Shown: in pieces, positions 1-12,110 of the stretch | Layout of the letters: every line of letters begins with the position of its first letter | How positions within the stretch are numbered: the stretch's first letter is position 1 | NCBI RefSeq assembly: GCF_048593235.1 | Contig: NC_133622.1 | Span: 199,609,198-199,673,197, forward strand | Origin: Sminthopsis crassicaudata | Taxonomy: Eukaryota | Reading direction: 5' to 3' | DNA: 64,000 nucleotides | The notes under the pieces: generated by a model | The model's input: only the letters and a program-made list of their open reading frames with translations | The model's database searches: none | Told to the model about the DNA's origin: nothing | Program-made: the position numbers and the translations under genes

Positions 1-61
1 AGTGTGATGTGGCAACCAAGAAAGTTAATTCATTCTGAGGCTGTGTTAAGAAAGGCATGAT

Positions 62-226
62 ATATATTGTATTTAATTTATACTTTAACATATTTAACAT
101 GTATTGGTCAACCTGCCATTTGGGGGGGGGGGAGGAGGGGAAAATTAGAACAAAAGGTTTGGCAATTGTCAATATTGTAAAATTACCCATGCTTATATCT
201 GGTAAATAAAAACTATTAATAAAAAA
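62..226 (+). mobile_element. 5'-truncated marsupial L1 3' end inserted in CR1/L3
   Basis: L1 tail with poly(A). TSD aagaaaggcatgat (48-61) / aagaaagacatgat (227-240). Confidence 0.85.
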
Positions 227-240
227 AAGAAAGACATGAT

Positions 241-830
241 GTCTCTAGGGAGAGAGGCAACAGTTGCCCTGTCTTGGTCAATCGCTACTGGAAATATTTT
301 GTTGAGACCAGGGTACCATATTTTAGAATGAGCATTCGTAAATCGGTGACTGCCCCAAGGAAGGCAAATTCTATGCCAAAGGGACTGTTTCAGAGGGGTC
401 AGACAAATAGCCCACAACATTCTGAGGATGGCCAGAGTCCAATTAAGATCTAGGAAAGTATTTAACAAAATAAGTAAAAATACAATAAAATACAAATAAT
501 GTTAATATGTGTCACAAATATGTGTCCTTATGCACAGGGACTCTTGTATATAGTTTAACAGCCCTCATTTTTTATTTGAATTTAATACCACTGTCCAAGC
601 TCATACTATCTCAGGGTCAGTTGAAGGTTGTGGGGATGTTTATTTTGGAGGAGAGAAGAGAGAAGTGTAAGTAACAGCTGTTTTCAGTTTGAAGGGCTAC
701 CCTGTGGAAGAAGGATTAGACATGTTCCATTGACCATCCGGGGCAGAGCCAAGAGCAATGCCAGGAATTGCTAAGAGGTAGATTTTGGCTGTCAGACAAA
801 TCTTGATGTCCAAAAATGGCAAAAGCTGTC
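241..830 (+). mobile_element. CR1/L3 LINE fragments (continuing 1-61)
   Basis: Characteristic L3 motifs gggtaccatattttag, tttgaagggctac, gaagaaggattagacatg. Confidence 0.7.
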
Positions 831-1809
831 CCAAGAGCTATAGAAATATGCATCTAAAAGATACTTTAGAGGTCATCTAGTTCAGTCCTCTCATCTTATT
901 CTTGGGGAAACTGAGTCCCAGAAAAACTAGATGACTTATAGTTAAATAATTTGAAATAATTTATCCTCTTCCTTTCTATGACCTGACCTTAAACTTCTCT
1001 ATATTCTAAATTTGACTTCTGCTCTTCTTTCAAATACAACCTTTCATTTTATGTTACAAACTGGCCAGTTTTGGGGGAGAATGTAACTTATAGTTACACA
1101 GATACTAAGTGGAAGATCTAGAAATTGAAACCCTGCTACCAAATCCATTAATTTTTCGCTTGTCTCATAGTTCACTGAAAAGTATTCCTTGGGGCGACCA
1201 CAGGAAATTTTGCCCTAAGCAGCTGATCACCTTGTGGACATGGCTATGTCCTTGAAATCCTAGGAACTTCCATTATCTTGACTAAAAAGTCATTCTTTTG
1301 GTCACAAATGCAAATCCCTTCCGTGGGAAAGGTTCAAATAAACTAAATTCTTAATAACTAAATATTTCCCATAGGACAATTAGCTAGCTCAGGGCTGGCC
1401 TCAGTTAAAATGGAATGGGGAGTAAAGGACCAAATATATTTTATTTGGAAGTTAAAATGGCAAGAGGATTTGCATGGAAGTTCAGAGCTCAGGTACTGTC
1501 CAGCGCTCACCTAGTTACTTCCCAAATTCTGTGGTGTAGTTTTTCCTTGTGTTTATCCTAGAAGGAGAAAGAGTTATAAACAGAATGCAGTGACAAGGGC
1601 TTTGACCCAGAGTGACAAATTTTAGAGGTACCAACCCTCGGGGAAGAGGTGAGGGGTACTTCATCTGCCACGTAGGTGGTTTCATCATTTTGTTCTGGGT
1701 GAATTATATCCCATGTGGCCCCACTCTTGGCAACAAGGCCCTCATCTTTCTGGATATCATTTGAGAGTTTGAAGGAAACTCAGCAACCATATAATCCAAC
1801 CTCTACACT

Positions 1810-1990
1810 GGGGACTCTTAACCCAGAATCTTTGGCATATTTTCATTATTATTTTAACAACTCTATTTCAGTATAACTGAATATCCTCTATCATTTATTT
1901 TTATGTATTTAAAAACATTATTCTGAAAAGAAATCAATAGGCTTCATTAGGTAGTGAAAGTAATGCATGATACTTGAAAATTAAGCAGCT
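1810..1990. mobile_element. hAT-like (MER5/Charlie-type) marsupial MITE; its 3' part is duplicated at 2093-2200
   Basis: Core ttatgtatttaaaaacattattctga shared with the copies at 11110, 14453 and 53600. Confidence 0.7.
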
Positions 1991-3519
1991 CTGACCTATA
2001 CAAAAGGTATCTTCCTTATATCATATTTTTTTCCCAGGTAGCTGCATCTTCTAGGCCCTAAATTTCTCTAGCTCTTCCCTTCTCATTTTATAATCCTATA
2101 TCACTTATTTTTATGAATTTAAAAACATTATTTTAAAAAGAAATCAATAGGCTTCATTAGGTAGTGAAAGTAATGCATGATACTTGAAAATTAAGAAGCT
2201 CTGACCTGTACAAAAGGTATCTCCCTTATATCATCATTTTTCCAGGTAGCTGCATTTCCTAGGCCCTAAATCTTTAGCGCTCCCCTTCTCAGTAGTTAGT
2301 AGCCATTCCTGCAGGTTACAAATTCTTATAGTATCGTAGGGTGCACTTCCATACCCCAAATTATTGCTCCCTTCCCACCATATTTATTCCAGATGCAAAA
2401 ATCCCTAGCAATGGTTCCATCAGGAGGCTCCATCAGGTTGACCTTCAGAGAGACATTCCTTTAGGAGATATTTTTCTGGGTTGGGGAGATATAAAACAAA
2501 TTCTTTACCCTCTTCTCATGAATGATGCTCAACTAGGGACTTCAGCCACCTTGGAGCTGCCTGGCCCCCAGAGAAGCCCCAGGGGCCCTCAGTGACAGGA
2601 TCCATCTGTACAGAGGGCAATCCCCTGAGTGTGGCAGCCCTCAGCTCCAAGCCTAGCAGCTTGGAGGGCCGGGCCTCTTCTTTGATGAGTCATAGAAATT
2701 TTACTTACGGAGGATGCGTGGGCCAGCTTGGGGCTGCTGCTGACTCACTGTGTGACCTTGGGCAGCCTCCTTCCCTGCCTGGTGGAGAGTGCAATCAAGG
2801 GTCCAGGTTTCCACACATCTAGGATCCAATAGAAGCAGCAGCTCCACCACTTACCTGGATGGACAGGTGGGTCCCTTGTTGCCCAGACCTCTATTTGAAC
2901 ACTAGGGAAATATTTTCTGGGCTTGTGAATTCATCTCAGTCAGAAGACAAAAAGAATGAATCCTTGATTTATTAATATCTTCCTGAAATGTATGCTAGTA
3001 GTCCAAGGGGGTTCTCTTTAATTCATATCTTGCAATTGGACTTTCCATTCACACATTTTATGAAAATCCATTGGCGTCATCATTATATGATAGAGTGTTA
3101 GGGACTCGGGAAATCAGATGAGAGCTCAGGGCAGTGCTAGCAACCCATACAGGTCTTCGAAAGCTGATTGTTAAATGTCAGTGTGAGTATTTATACTTCA
3201 GAAATTGGTGATGATTGCCAGTTAGGGGCTGAGTTACAATATTGTTTTGTAAATTGTTTCTAGGCTTAAGAAAGTGGTAGAGAAAACATTAATAATGAAC
3301 TTTAGACTTAAAAGTATATCATACATGTTTCTCTTCCTGACCCTCCAAGAGCTGATTGTTAAATGATTCATCAGCATACCTCTGGGTAAGGTCAGTTCTA
3401 TCAAGAGAAGGTAAAAAACTTTCACATATTTGATTTTCTAAGTGTAAACTGTATCTGAAAGGCAAGGAGACCATGAATAGAATTAGGAAATCTCTGTTGT
3501 GATCCTGCATTTAAAACCA

Positions 3520-3670
3520 TACGGGATTTTAGAGACCATAAATCTTCATTTTACAGATGAGGATACTGAGGCACAGATTGTGACTCAACTAGAGTCACAC
3601 AGCTGGAAAGTGTCAGAATTGGAATTTGAATCCAAGTGCCCCTAACTACAACTCCAATACTCTATCTACA
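3520..3670 (-). mobile_element. MIR (CORE-SINE)
   Basis: Core cattttacagatgaggatactgaggcacaga and ggaatttgaatccaag. Confidence 0.8.
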
Positions 3671-4254
3671 CAACCCCATGCTACTTCTGTCACATTGGAG
3701 AAAGCTATCTACAATCATTATGTTGGGGAAAGAGATGGTGAAAATTGTCAGAATTTCCTTTTAGGCTTTTGTTTGTATATTGGGGAAAAATATCTCTTCC
3801 CATAAAGACCAGAAAGCTCAATAATAGCTAAAAGAATTTATCAGATGCTCTACTCTTGAAGAATGAAACTTCTGGTAGATGTGGAGATAGTCCAAGTGGT
3901 TCAACACTATTATAGTTTGCCTCTGAGGTACCAGCTTTGATTCTATATTTGGAAAGCATCATTTGTAATCTTCATCTGGCTGGGTAGTCTATAGTATACT
4001 CCTACCATAATACAACTTTTGTTTTTCTCTCATTAATCTATACCCAACTGCCACCTCCCTTCCCCCAACCCTCATTTCTGACTTCCTTAGCTTTGCAAAT
4101 TTCTATACAGGGATATATTTTAACTTAATTTAATTCAATTCAATTCAATAAATTATATATTAGGCACTATGTTAAGTACTGGGGATACAAAAAGAAGCAG
4201 AAAACAGTCCCTGTCCCCAAGGAGCTTATGATCTAATCCAATAAAAATCTAATT

Positions 4255-4535
4255 TTGTTTTTGTTGTTGTTTAGTCACTTTTCAGTTCTGTATGGATTTT
4301 TTTTTTTTTTTATGAGTACATTTGGAGTTTTCTTGGCAAAGATACTGGGATACTGGTATGGTTTGTTCCAGCTCATTTTCTTTCTCCAGATAATTTTACA
4401 GATAAGGAGACTGAGGCAAATAAGGTTAAGCAAAGTCACTCAGCCAATAAGTGTCTGAGGCTGGATTTGAACTCAGGAAGATGTCATTCTGACTCCAGAC
4501 CCAGTGTTTCCTGTACTATTGTGCCATGTAGCTGC
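4255..4535 (-). mobile_element. MAR1-type marsupial SINE
   Basis: RTE-derived tail ttcttggcaaagatactgg, CORE ttttacagataaggagactgaggcaaa, and ggatttgaactcaggaagatg. Confidence 0.85.
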
Positions 4536-5569
4536 CTTCTTAAAGCCTTCAAGAATCCTAAGAAATCAGCAAGGTCGGGTCCTACCTTCAATCAAGTCAG
4601 AATCAGAGTCTGAAAAGTGTGAAAATAAGTTGAAAGTTTGAAAAGTAGTGAAAACAGTTCAGGATTTGGAATCAGAAGACCCGAGTTCAGATTCTAGCTT
4701 TGCTACTTACAATCTATATGACTCTAGATAAATCGCTTAAAACTTCTTTGCCTTGGCTCAACTATAAAATGAAGGGATGGACAAGGTGATCTCAAAGGTC
4801 TCTGCCGGTTCTAAATTTGTGACTATGCATAAAAGCAGCTCCCAGGTCAGGAAGGATTATGATAGACTCATGCCCTCCTGAAGGGGACTCCAGTTATCTT
4901 TTGGTACATAGAATCAGATCATTTAGCTGAGGACTGTGGACCATCTAGCCACTCTACCCCAATCTATAAATGTTTCTCCCTTCCCACAGAGAGGGGAGTC
5001 CCCCAAGTGGAGGAGGGGAGACTGCACTTTTGCTAGCTAGAACCTCCATCTTTTAACTCAGCTTATGAGCATGCTATCCCCTGGACCACCATTGGAAAGA
5101 TGCAATTCAGGCTGACACTGACTCCTTATAAATAGTGTAGAATTAGGCTAATCAGCACTTCCTTTAATTTTGGAACAAATGCAGGCACTGTGCTAATTGC
5201 CATGGTCCATGTTGGCTTATCACTCGCTGACGGCATTGGACAGTGAAAGTGATAATTTGGGGGCTAGGAGGGAGCTGGCTTTGCAGCCGATTCAATTAAA
5301 ATTCTTATTCTCCCCATTTCCCCCATTGTGATCAGGATCTGGCCCTAAAGCTGCTGGGTCTCATTTCTGGCAGGGGGGACTGAGTGATGAATATGGGATA
5401 ATGGAGAGGGATCCACAGACTTGGCTGGAGCTGCTCTTGGGTACCCATGGCAAGCAGTTTTTCAGAGATTCTATGTGTTCTGAGCCCCAGTAAAGGTTTC
5501 ACTGGCATCCTTAAGCACCATTGCCCGGACAGCTCATCAGGGAGAAACCAGCCCAAACCTTGCCTGCCT

Positions 5570-5583
5570 GTTTCCATGGCAAC
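5570..5583. promoter_or_regulatory. RFX X-box GTTTCCATGGCAAC
   Basis: Full match to the X-box consensus RTHNYYWTRRNRAC; one base from GTTGCCATGGCAAC. Confidence 0.5.
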
Positions 5584-5739
5584 GTGACATTCCCTGGCTC
5601 CCCAGGCAATCTTGCTGGTATGTGTGGCCATGAGAGCTTCCTTTTGATGCAGAAGGATGCAGATCATAGCTCATGCTCTCCTCCTGGGGCTTCAGCGGAG
5701 GGACTACAAGCTCAATATGATGAATCAGTGGTGTGACAT

Positions 5740-6325
5740 GGCAGCCCTCCCCTAAAAAGCCAACACAGGAAAAACATTTAAATTAAAAATTTAAAAACTT
5801 ACAGAGTGAGTTCAGATTAGGAAAAGGCACTGTCCAGAGAGAGGGAGGGGATAATCCTGTTGGATTCTGCCCCATTCGATCCCCATCTGGGAGACTATGC
5901 TTTAGTTTGGGGTCCTCATTTTACATGGAACATTGGCAAACTGAAGAATATTGAGGGGAAGCTCCAAACCATGCCAAACTGGGATTAATTGTAGAAACCA
6001 GGATGTTTAGCTTGGAAAGAAAAGATTTTGGAAGGACATATTAGCTGTCTTCAAGGATTTGAAGGGCTCTGTGGAAGGAGGATTATCTTTATTTTGCTTG
6101 GCTACAGGGGGCAAATGGGTGGACATTACAAAGGCAGGTTTTAGTTTGATAGAAGGTGAATCTTGCCTGGAACTAAGAGTTATCCCAAATTGGAATGAGC
6201 TGTTGCAATAAAGGATGAGTTCTTTATCGCTGGAGGTCTTCAGGGAAGGACTAGGTAACCACCTTTTTAGATGTGGATTAGCCTAAATGTCCTTTTAGGT
6301 CCTTTCCAACTTTGAAATTTTCTGA
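5740..6325 (+). mobile_element. CR1/L3 3' region
   Basis: gctgtcttcaaggatttgaagggct, ctggaggtcttcag, 3' end ggtcctttccaactttgaaatt. Confidence 0.8.
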
Positions 6326-6353
6326 ATCAGATTTTGAGATGCCAGGATCTCTT

Positions 6354-6721
6354 TTTTTGTTTAATTTTTAAAATTTTGAATTTTTTTTATGAAAGCTTTT
6401 TATTTTTCAAAACATATGCATGGACAATTCTTCAAGATTAACCCTTGCAAAACATTGTGTTCCAGTTTTCCCTCCTTCCCTCACACCCTCCCCTAGATGG
6501 CAAGTAATCCAATACATGTTAAATCCAATATATTCATATATATTTGTACAGTTATCATGCTGCACAAGAAAAATCCAATCAAACCAATAAAAAAAAAAAG
6601 TGAAGCAAAATAAAATGCAAGCAAACAACAACAAAAAGAGTGAGAATGCTATGTTGTGAACCACATTCAGTTCCCACTGTCTTCTTTCTGGGTGTAGATG
6701 TCTCTTCATCATTGAACAATT
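6354..6721 (-). mobile_element. 5'-truncated dasyurid-type L1 3' end
   Basis: Tail aaagctttttatttttcaaaacatatgcatgg. Perfect 15-bp TSD atgccaggatctctt (6339-6353 / 6722-6736). Confidence 0.9.
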
Positions 6722-7022
6722 ATGCCAGGATCTCTTAAAGGGAAATAATTTATGTAAGGAAAAGGCAGAGAAGGTGACTGCGTGTGGAAATGTTCTATAG
6801 TTGGGAATTTCTGGCCATAGGGCTATTCTTTGTTATGATTTAGTTTTTTTTTCATCTTTTCCCAAAGACCAGGATATCTGTCATTCTTATTCCAGTTACT
6901 CTACGGTATCACAACCACCCCAAATCTTGTCTCTCACTTCTTATCTCTGGGAAGTATTGGAGGACATTGGATTCTCACATATACAAGTTTTAACTCTATT
7001 CTGATACTTTGATGGTTGGACT

Positions 7023-7304
7023 NNNNNNNNNNNNNNNNNNNNNNNNNNNNNNNNNNNNNNNNNNNNNNNNNNNNNNNNNNNNNNNNNNNNNNNNNNNNNN
7101 NNNNNNNNNNNNNNNNNNNNNNNNNNNNNNNNNNNNNNNNNNNNNNNNNNNNNNNNNNNNNNNNNNNNNNNNNNNNNNNNNNNNNNNNNNNNNNNNNNNN
7201 NNNNNNNNNNNNNNNNNNNNNNNNNNNNNNNNNNNNNNNNNNNNNNNNNNNNNNNNNNNNNNNNNNNNNNNNNNNNNNNNNNNNNNNNNNNNNNNNNNNN
7301 NNNN
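7023..7304. other. Assembly gap (282 N)
   Basis: Run of N. Confidence 1.
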
Positions 7305-7449
7305 CAAAAAAGGAAATTTGACTGTCTTTCTTATTTTGGATTTTCCATCCACATTCTACAGAGATGACACCTGCCTCAAGGGACTGAATCACTGCCTGGG
7401 TTGTGTTTCCAAGGGGATAATATAGATTTAAGCTCACTTATTGACATAA

Positions 7450-7865
7450 TAGTCATGTATGTCAAGATAGTGCCTGAGCAGAATGAGAACATTGTATAGT
7501 CATAGCAATAATCAACTTTGATAGACTTGGCGCTTCTCAGCAATACAATGATCCAAGACAATTCCAAAAAGCTCATGATGGAAAATGCTATCCACAGCCA
7601 AAGAAAGAACTATGACGTCTGAATACACATATAAATATACTATTTTTACTTTTTTTTTTCTTTCTCGTGGTTCCCTCCTTTTGTTCTGATTCTACTTTCA
7701 CAACATGATTAATAATGTGGAAATATGCCCATGCATAATCTATATCAGATTGCTTTCCATGGGGAAGGAGAAGAGAGGGAGGGAGAAAAAAATTGGAAAT
7801 CAAAATTTTACAAAAGTGAATGTTGAAAAACATTTTTACATACAATTGGAAAAATAAAATATGAA
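7450..7865 (+). mobile_element. Older marsupial L1 3' end
   Basis: caatacaatgatccaagacaattccaaaaagctcatgatggaaaatgctatccac ... ggaaaaataaaat. Confidence 0.8.
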
Positions 7866-8479
7866 GTTGCGGGTGGGGGAGATAGTGCTTAATAAATACT
7901 TGTTGATTAGCTGGCTGCTATCCAGAGCTTGAAAAAGACTGGTGTGACACAATTTGGCACAAATAGTGTTAGATTTGGACCCAGATGATTTGATTTTAGT
8001 CCTAGCTCTGCCATGTGACCTTGGACAGATCTCCTTGGGCCCCTGTTATTTCATATCTAAAATAAGGAGTTAGGTCACTCCCAGCTCTAGACCTAGGAGC
8101 CTGTGATTTGGGTGCCTCCTTCATCTTCCAAGACTTATCTGACATTTGTTCGAGCTCCTCTCCCCTCCTCAACCTGCATCATCCCTTGGATAACAGTCAC
8201 AGGTTTCCAGGCTTCAAATCACAGGCTGCAACTTGCCTCAAGCTCAGCAGCAGTATCATCATTCCTACTTACTCTTATCAATAAGAACCTCTCAACAGGC
8301 ATTGCATAGTATTTGTCTGGGAATATGTTTTGCAGGCGTAGCTCTCTTGGGATCCAGTTTCCTTATCTATAAAACGAAAGGGTATTACCAAGTAGCCTCC
8401 CAAGATCCCTGAGTTTATGGCACTTTTGTTGTGGCAGTTGTATGTGTTTCCAAGCATCTTTGGATTAGCACTATATGGT

Positions 8480-8965
8480 AGAAAGGCAATAATAACAGCA
8501 GCAATAATAAGAATAATAGCTAACATTTATGTAGTATTTACTAACTGACAGACTCTATACTCTAAGTGCTTTAAAATTGCTATCTATTTGTTATTCATAA
8601 CAACCTGGGGAGGTGGGTGCTATTTGTTATACCCATTTTTACAGATGAGGAAACTGAGGCAAACAGATTAAGTGACTTACTCAGTTAGTAAGTATCTGAG
8701 TCTAAATTTTTACTTATGTGCTCCTGACTCCAGAACTGATGTTTTATCTGCCATTGGATTAGAGATCAAGGGAACTGATATCCTAATACTGACCCTGGTC
8801 CCACCTTGCTGTGCGACCCTGGACAGAATATCACTTTACCTATCTAAGCCTCAGGTCCCTTGTTTGTAAAGTGAAGCTATTGCTAATTGTCCTATTTGTC
8901 ACATAGGGTTATTGATAAAGATGAAAAGAGACCATGGAGGTAAGGGCTTTGAAAAGCATAAAGTA
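8480..8965. mobile_element. Two MIRs in opposite orientation (about 8480-8745 -, about 8790-8965 +)
   Basis: MIR core tttacagatgaggaaactgaggc, then tgtgcgaccctggacaga..cctcagg. Confidence 0.8.
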
Positions 8966-9354
8966 TTTTATAGAGAGGAAAGAAAGCCATCACTTGCCAT
9001 AATCAGCAGTATTTCTCAGCAAATATTAGCAGGCCCAAGAGGAATAAATAGGACCAATCTTTCTGGGACCTTGATTTACAGAATATTCAAGAGGAAAGGC
9101 ACCTCAGAGAGCATTTCATTTTATAGATGAAGAAAGCTGAAGTAATATGCTGATAACTGCATTTGAATATAATTGGTTTCCATTGAACTCATGTGCATTT
9201 TATCTTATACATTAAGAACGTGACTGAAGTCCATAGCCTTCCCCAATCTTCCCAATGAAATCCATGACCCCTGACCAAAAAAAAAAAAGACTAAGATCCT
9301 GTGCCCTATGTACAGGAAGCTTTCCTGATCCCTAGCAGGTTTAGTCTCAGATTC

Positions 9355-9760
9355 TTATTGGCTCTGTGATCCTGGGCAAGTCACTTAATTTCTTAGTGCT
9401 TCAGTTTCCTCAACTATTAAGGAGGACTAATCATAGCAAACACCCTCCAGGATTGTTGTGAGGATCAAAGGAGATAATATTTATAAAGTACTTAGCACAA
9501 TGCCTGGCACATAATAGATGCTGAATAAATGATTATTCTCTTCCTTTTTCCTTTCGACTCTTCTTTCCCTTCCCAAATTATCTTTTATTTACTTATCTGT
9601 TTGAATGTCGTATCTTCCAAGTAGAAGATGGATTATAACTATAAAAATAAAAATAAAAAAGCTCTCTGGAGCTTACATTTCCTTAAGGGAAGGGACTGAT
9701 TTTTTTTTTTTTTTTTTGTCCTTGTGTCTTCAGACCTCACTTTTAGTAGGCACTTAAATT
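9355..9760 (+). mobile_element. MIR followed by an L2 3' end
   Basis: tgtgatcctgggcaagtcacttaa..cagtttcctc, and acttagcacaatgcctggcacataatag. Confidence 0.75.
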
Positions 9761-11058
9761 CTTCTTGGGATTTGATTTCATTGAGTTGGATCCAATAGCA
9801 TCCCTTATGGTTCTAACAGAGCAACCTGGCATTATGGGAAGCCCTCCAGTGGAAGGGTGGGATAGATTTGTTTGGCAATCACAACTATAGCATTTGTTAA
9901 TGCCAGCATTCTAATAGGTCCAGAAACCCACCCCCACTCCCATCCCCAGGCACCGAGCCCAGTGGCTGTGCCATTCACTGTGCCTAGCAACACAGGCATG
10001 ACAGTGCCATGGAACAATGAAGGAATGTCAATTTAGTTCAATTAATATTTTAAACAATCTCTCATACAAGGCATCCCCAAAATCTTAGGATAGTCTTAAG
10101 TTATGAAAGCTTTTTCTAATCAAACATGACTAAAAGTCATCCCCCAATCTCATCCAATCCTTGTACCACTTTCATTTATCATACTCTCAATAGACAACTT
10201 CTGTAACTCTAATTGTTTGATTTAATCCTTATAATCAGAGGGTAGGGACTATTTTTTTGCCTTTCTTTGTATCTCCAGTGGTCATCATAGAACCTGACAT
10301 AATTAAGTGTTTAATAAATGTTTATTGACTGACTGAATGATTAGTTTATTTCATCAAGCACGTTTTAAGGACCAACCACATGTCAGACAAGAGGCAAGGT
10401 GACATAATAGGTAGGGAGCTGATAGAGACAAGTTCAAGTCTCCCTTCTGATTCATACAGGTTATGATCCCAGGACACAACCTTTCCTTGCTCTAGGAATC
10501 TAAGATTACAATTTGCTCAGAGAGTGATGATCAGTATTGGTAGAGATTCTCATTATGGAGTTCCCTACGTACTAGTGAAGTCATAGCTCCATGTCCTATC
10601 TTCTTTATATAGTGGCCACTGAAAACAAAATATCCTTTTCTTTGAGGAATCCATCCTTCTCTTGGTGGAAACAGGTCCATCTTCTCCCTGAAGTCTTACT
10701 TTCCAGCTGAGTGTTTTCTTCTCAGATTCTCTGCTCTGTCTCTCTCTTTCCACTGATCACATCCTATTGTTTCTCACATTTATCACTGTGTCTGTATTAT
10801 TTTCTCTTTTGGATCATAAACTCATTGATGTAGTAGACTGTATCTTTCCTTCATCTTTGCTTCTCCCGTGCGGACACTTACATAAAAACACAGAAACTTA
10901 TCAGTGGACAAGGTTCTTAAAGGCCATCTAGACCAATATGTACCTGAAATGAAATCCTTTCTCTAATTTCTCTGTAAACTGGACATGCATGGTTATTTTG
11001 AAGGCATCAATAAGAGGAAACCTACTCCCTTTGAGGCAGCCTTTTGATTTTTAGGTTG

Positions 11059-11059
<1 letters not shown>

Positions 11060-11101
<42 letters not shown>
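11060..11101. repeat. Poly(T)42
   Basis: Direct count. Confidence 0.95.
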
Positions 11102-11103
<2 letters not shown>

Positions 11104-11109
11104 ATAGAG

Positions 11110-11430
11110 CAGAGGTTCTTCACCTGGAATCTATGAACTTTATATCTATATGTATAAACATATATATGTAAGCATATTTTGGAACACAAGGTTTTTCAAG
11201 GGTCAGTGATATTTGCATATGTTTTGAAAATAAAAAGCTTTAATAAAATAAATATATATGTAATTAAATAAATAAATATATATAATATAATATAAATATA
11301 AACTATTTAAACATAATTAGTTTTCTTTGTAATCCTATGCATTTTATTTTATGACTTTAAAAACATTATGCTGAGAAAGGGATCCATGGACTTTACCAGA
11401 TTATCCACAGGGACTTTGACACAAACAAAA
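11110..11430. mobile_element. hAT-like MITE containing an 80-bp L1 tail insertion (11172-11251)
   Basis: MITE end cagaggttcttcacctgg and core tttaaaaacattatgctgagaa. Insert flanked by TSD atatatatgtaa (11160-11171 / 11252-11263). Confidence 0.8.
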
Positions 11431-11659
11431 AAAGATGACAAATACCTTACATGGGGTCTAAATAGACATCTATGCAACTCGGTTCCTCTGAGACCAAAAA
11501 GAACAGAACACTGATCATCGGGCATTGTGAGACAAAACTATACAACTGTAGTTTTGAATTGTGATGGGGCTTACTTAATTTGCATCTATTCTGCATGTAG
11601 TAAGAAACTCCTTCCCCAGGGTTCATGGGATGAAATGGGAGCCTATCAACCTTGAAGCA

Positions 11660-11935
11660 TAATAATAACAATAATAACTAGTATATAGTTATATAGAACT
11701 TTAAGGTCTGCACTTTCCAGCACTTTACAAATATCTCATTTGATAGCCACAATAACCCGGGGAGATAGGTGCTATGATTATCCCCATTTTATAAATGAGG
11801 AAACTGAGGCAGGTAGCAGTTAAGTGACTTGCCCAGGATCACATAGCTAGTAAGAGTATGAGGTTGGATTTGAATTCAGATCTTCCTTAGTCCCAGTCCA
11901 ATCATCTAACCAATGTACCACTTAACCACTGTTTC
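11660..11935 (-). mobile_element. Near full-length MIR
   Basis: ccccattttataaatgaggaaactgaggcagg..taagtgacttgcccaggatcacatagctag..ggatttgaattcag. Confidence 0.85.
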
Positions 11936-11954
11936 CTCTCCACCATGCCCTCTT

Positions 11955-12110
11955 TTATTTATTGAAGCTTTTTTATTTTCAAAACATATGCATGGATAAT
12001 TTTTCAACATTGACCCTTGCAAAACCTCATGTTCCAATTTTCCCACCTTCACCCACTCCCTCCCCTAGATGGCAAGTAATCCAATATACGTTAAACATGG
12101 TAAAAAATAT
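11955..12110 (-). mobile_element. Short L1 3' end (same family as 6354-6721)
   Basis: aagcttttttattttcaaaacatatgcatggataatttttcaacattgacccttgcaaaacc. Confidence 0.85.

Noticed and set aside
6934-7437. ORF-track entries spanning N gaps (also 13676-13924 and 61915-62680)
   Set aside because: They stay open only because N codons cannot be stops; the flanks are non-coding or repeat-derived.
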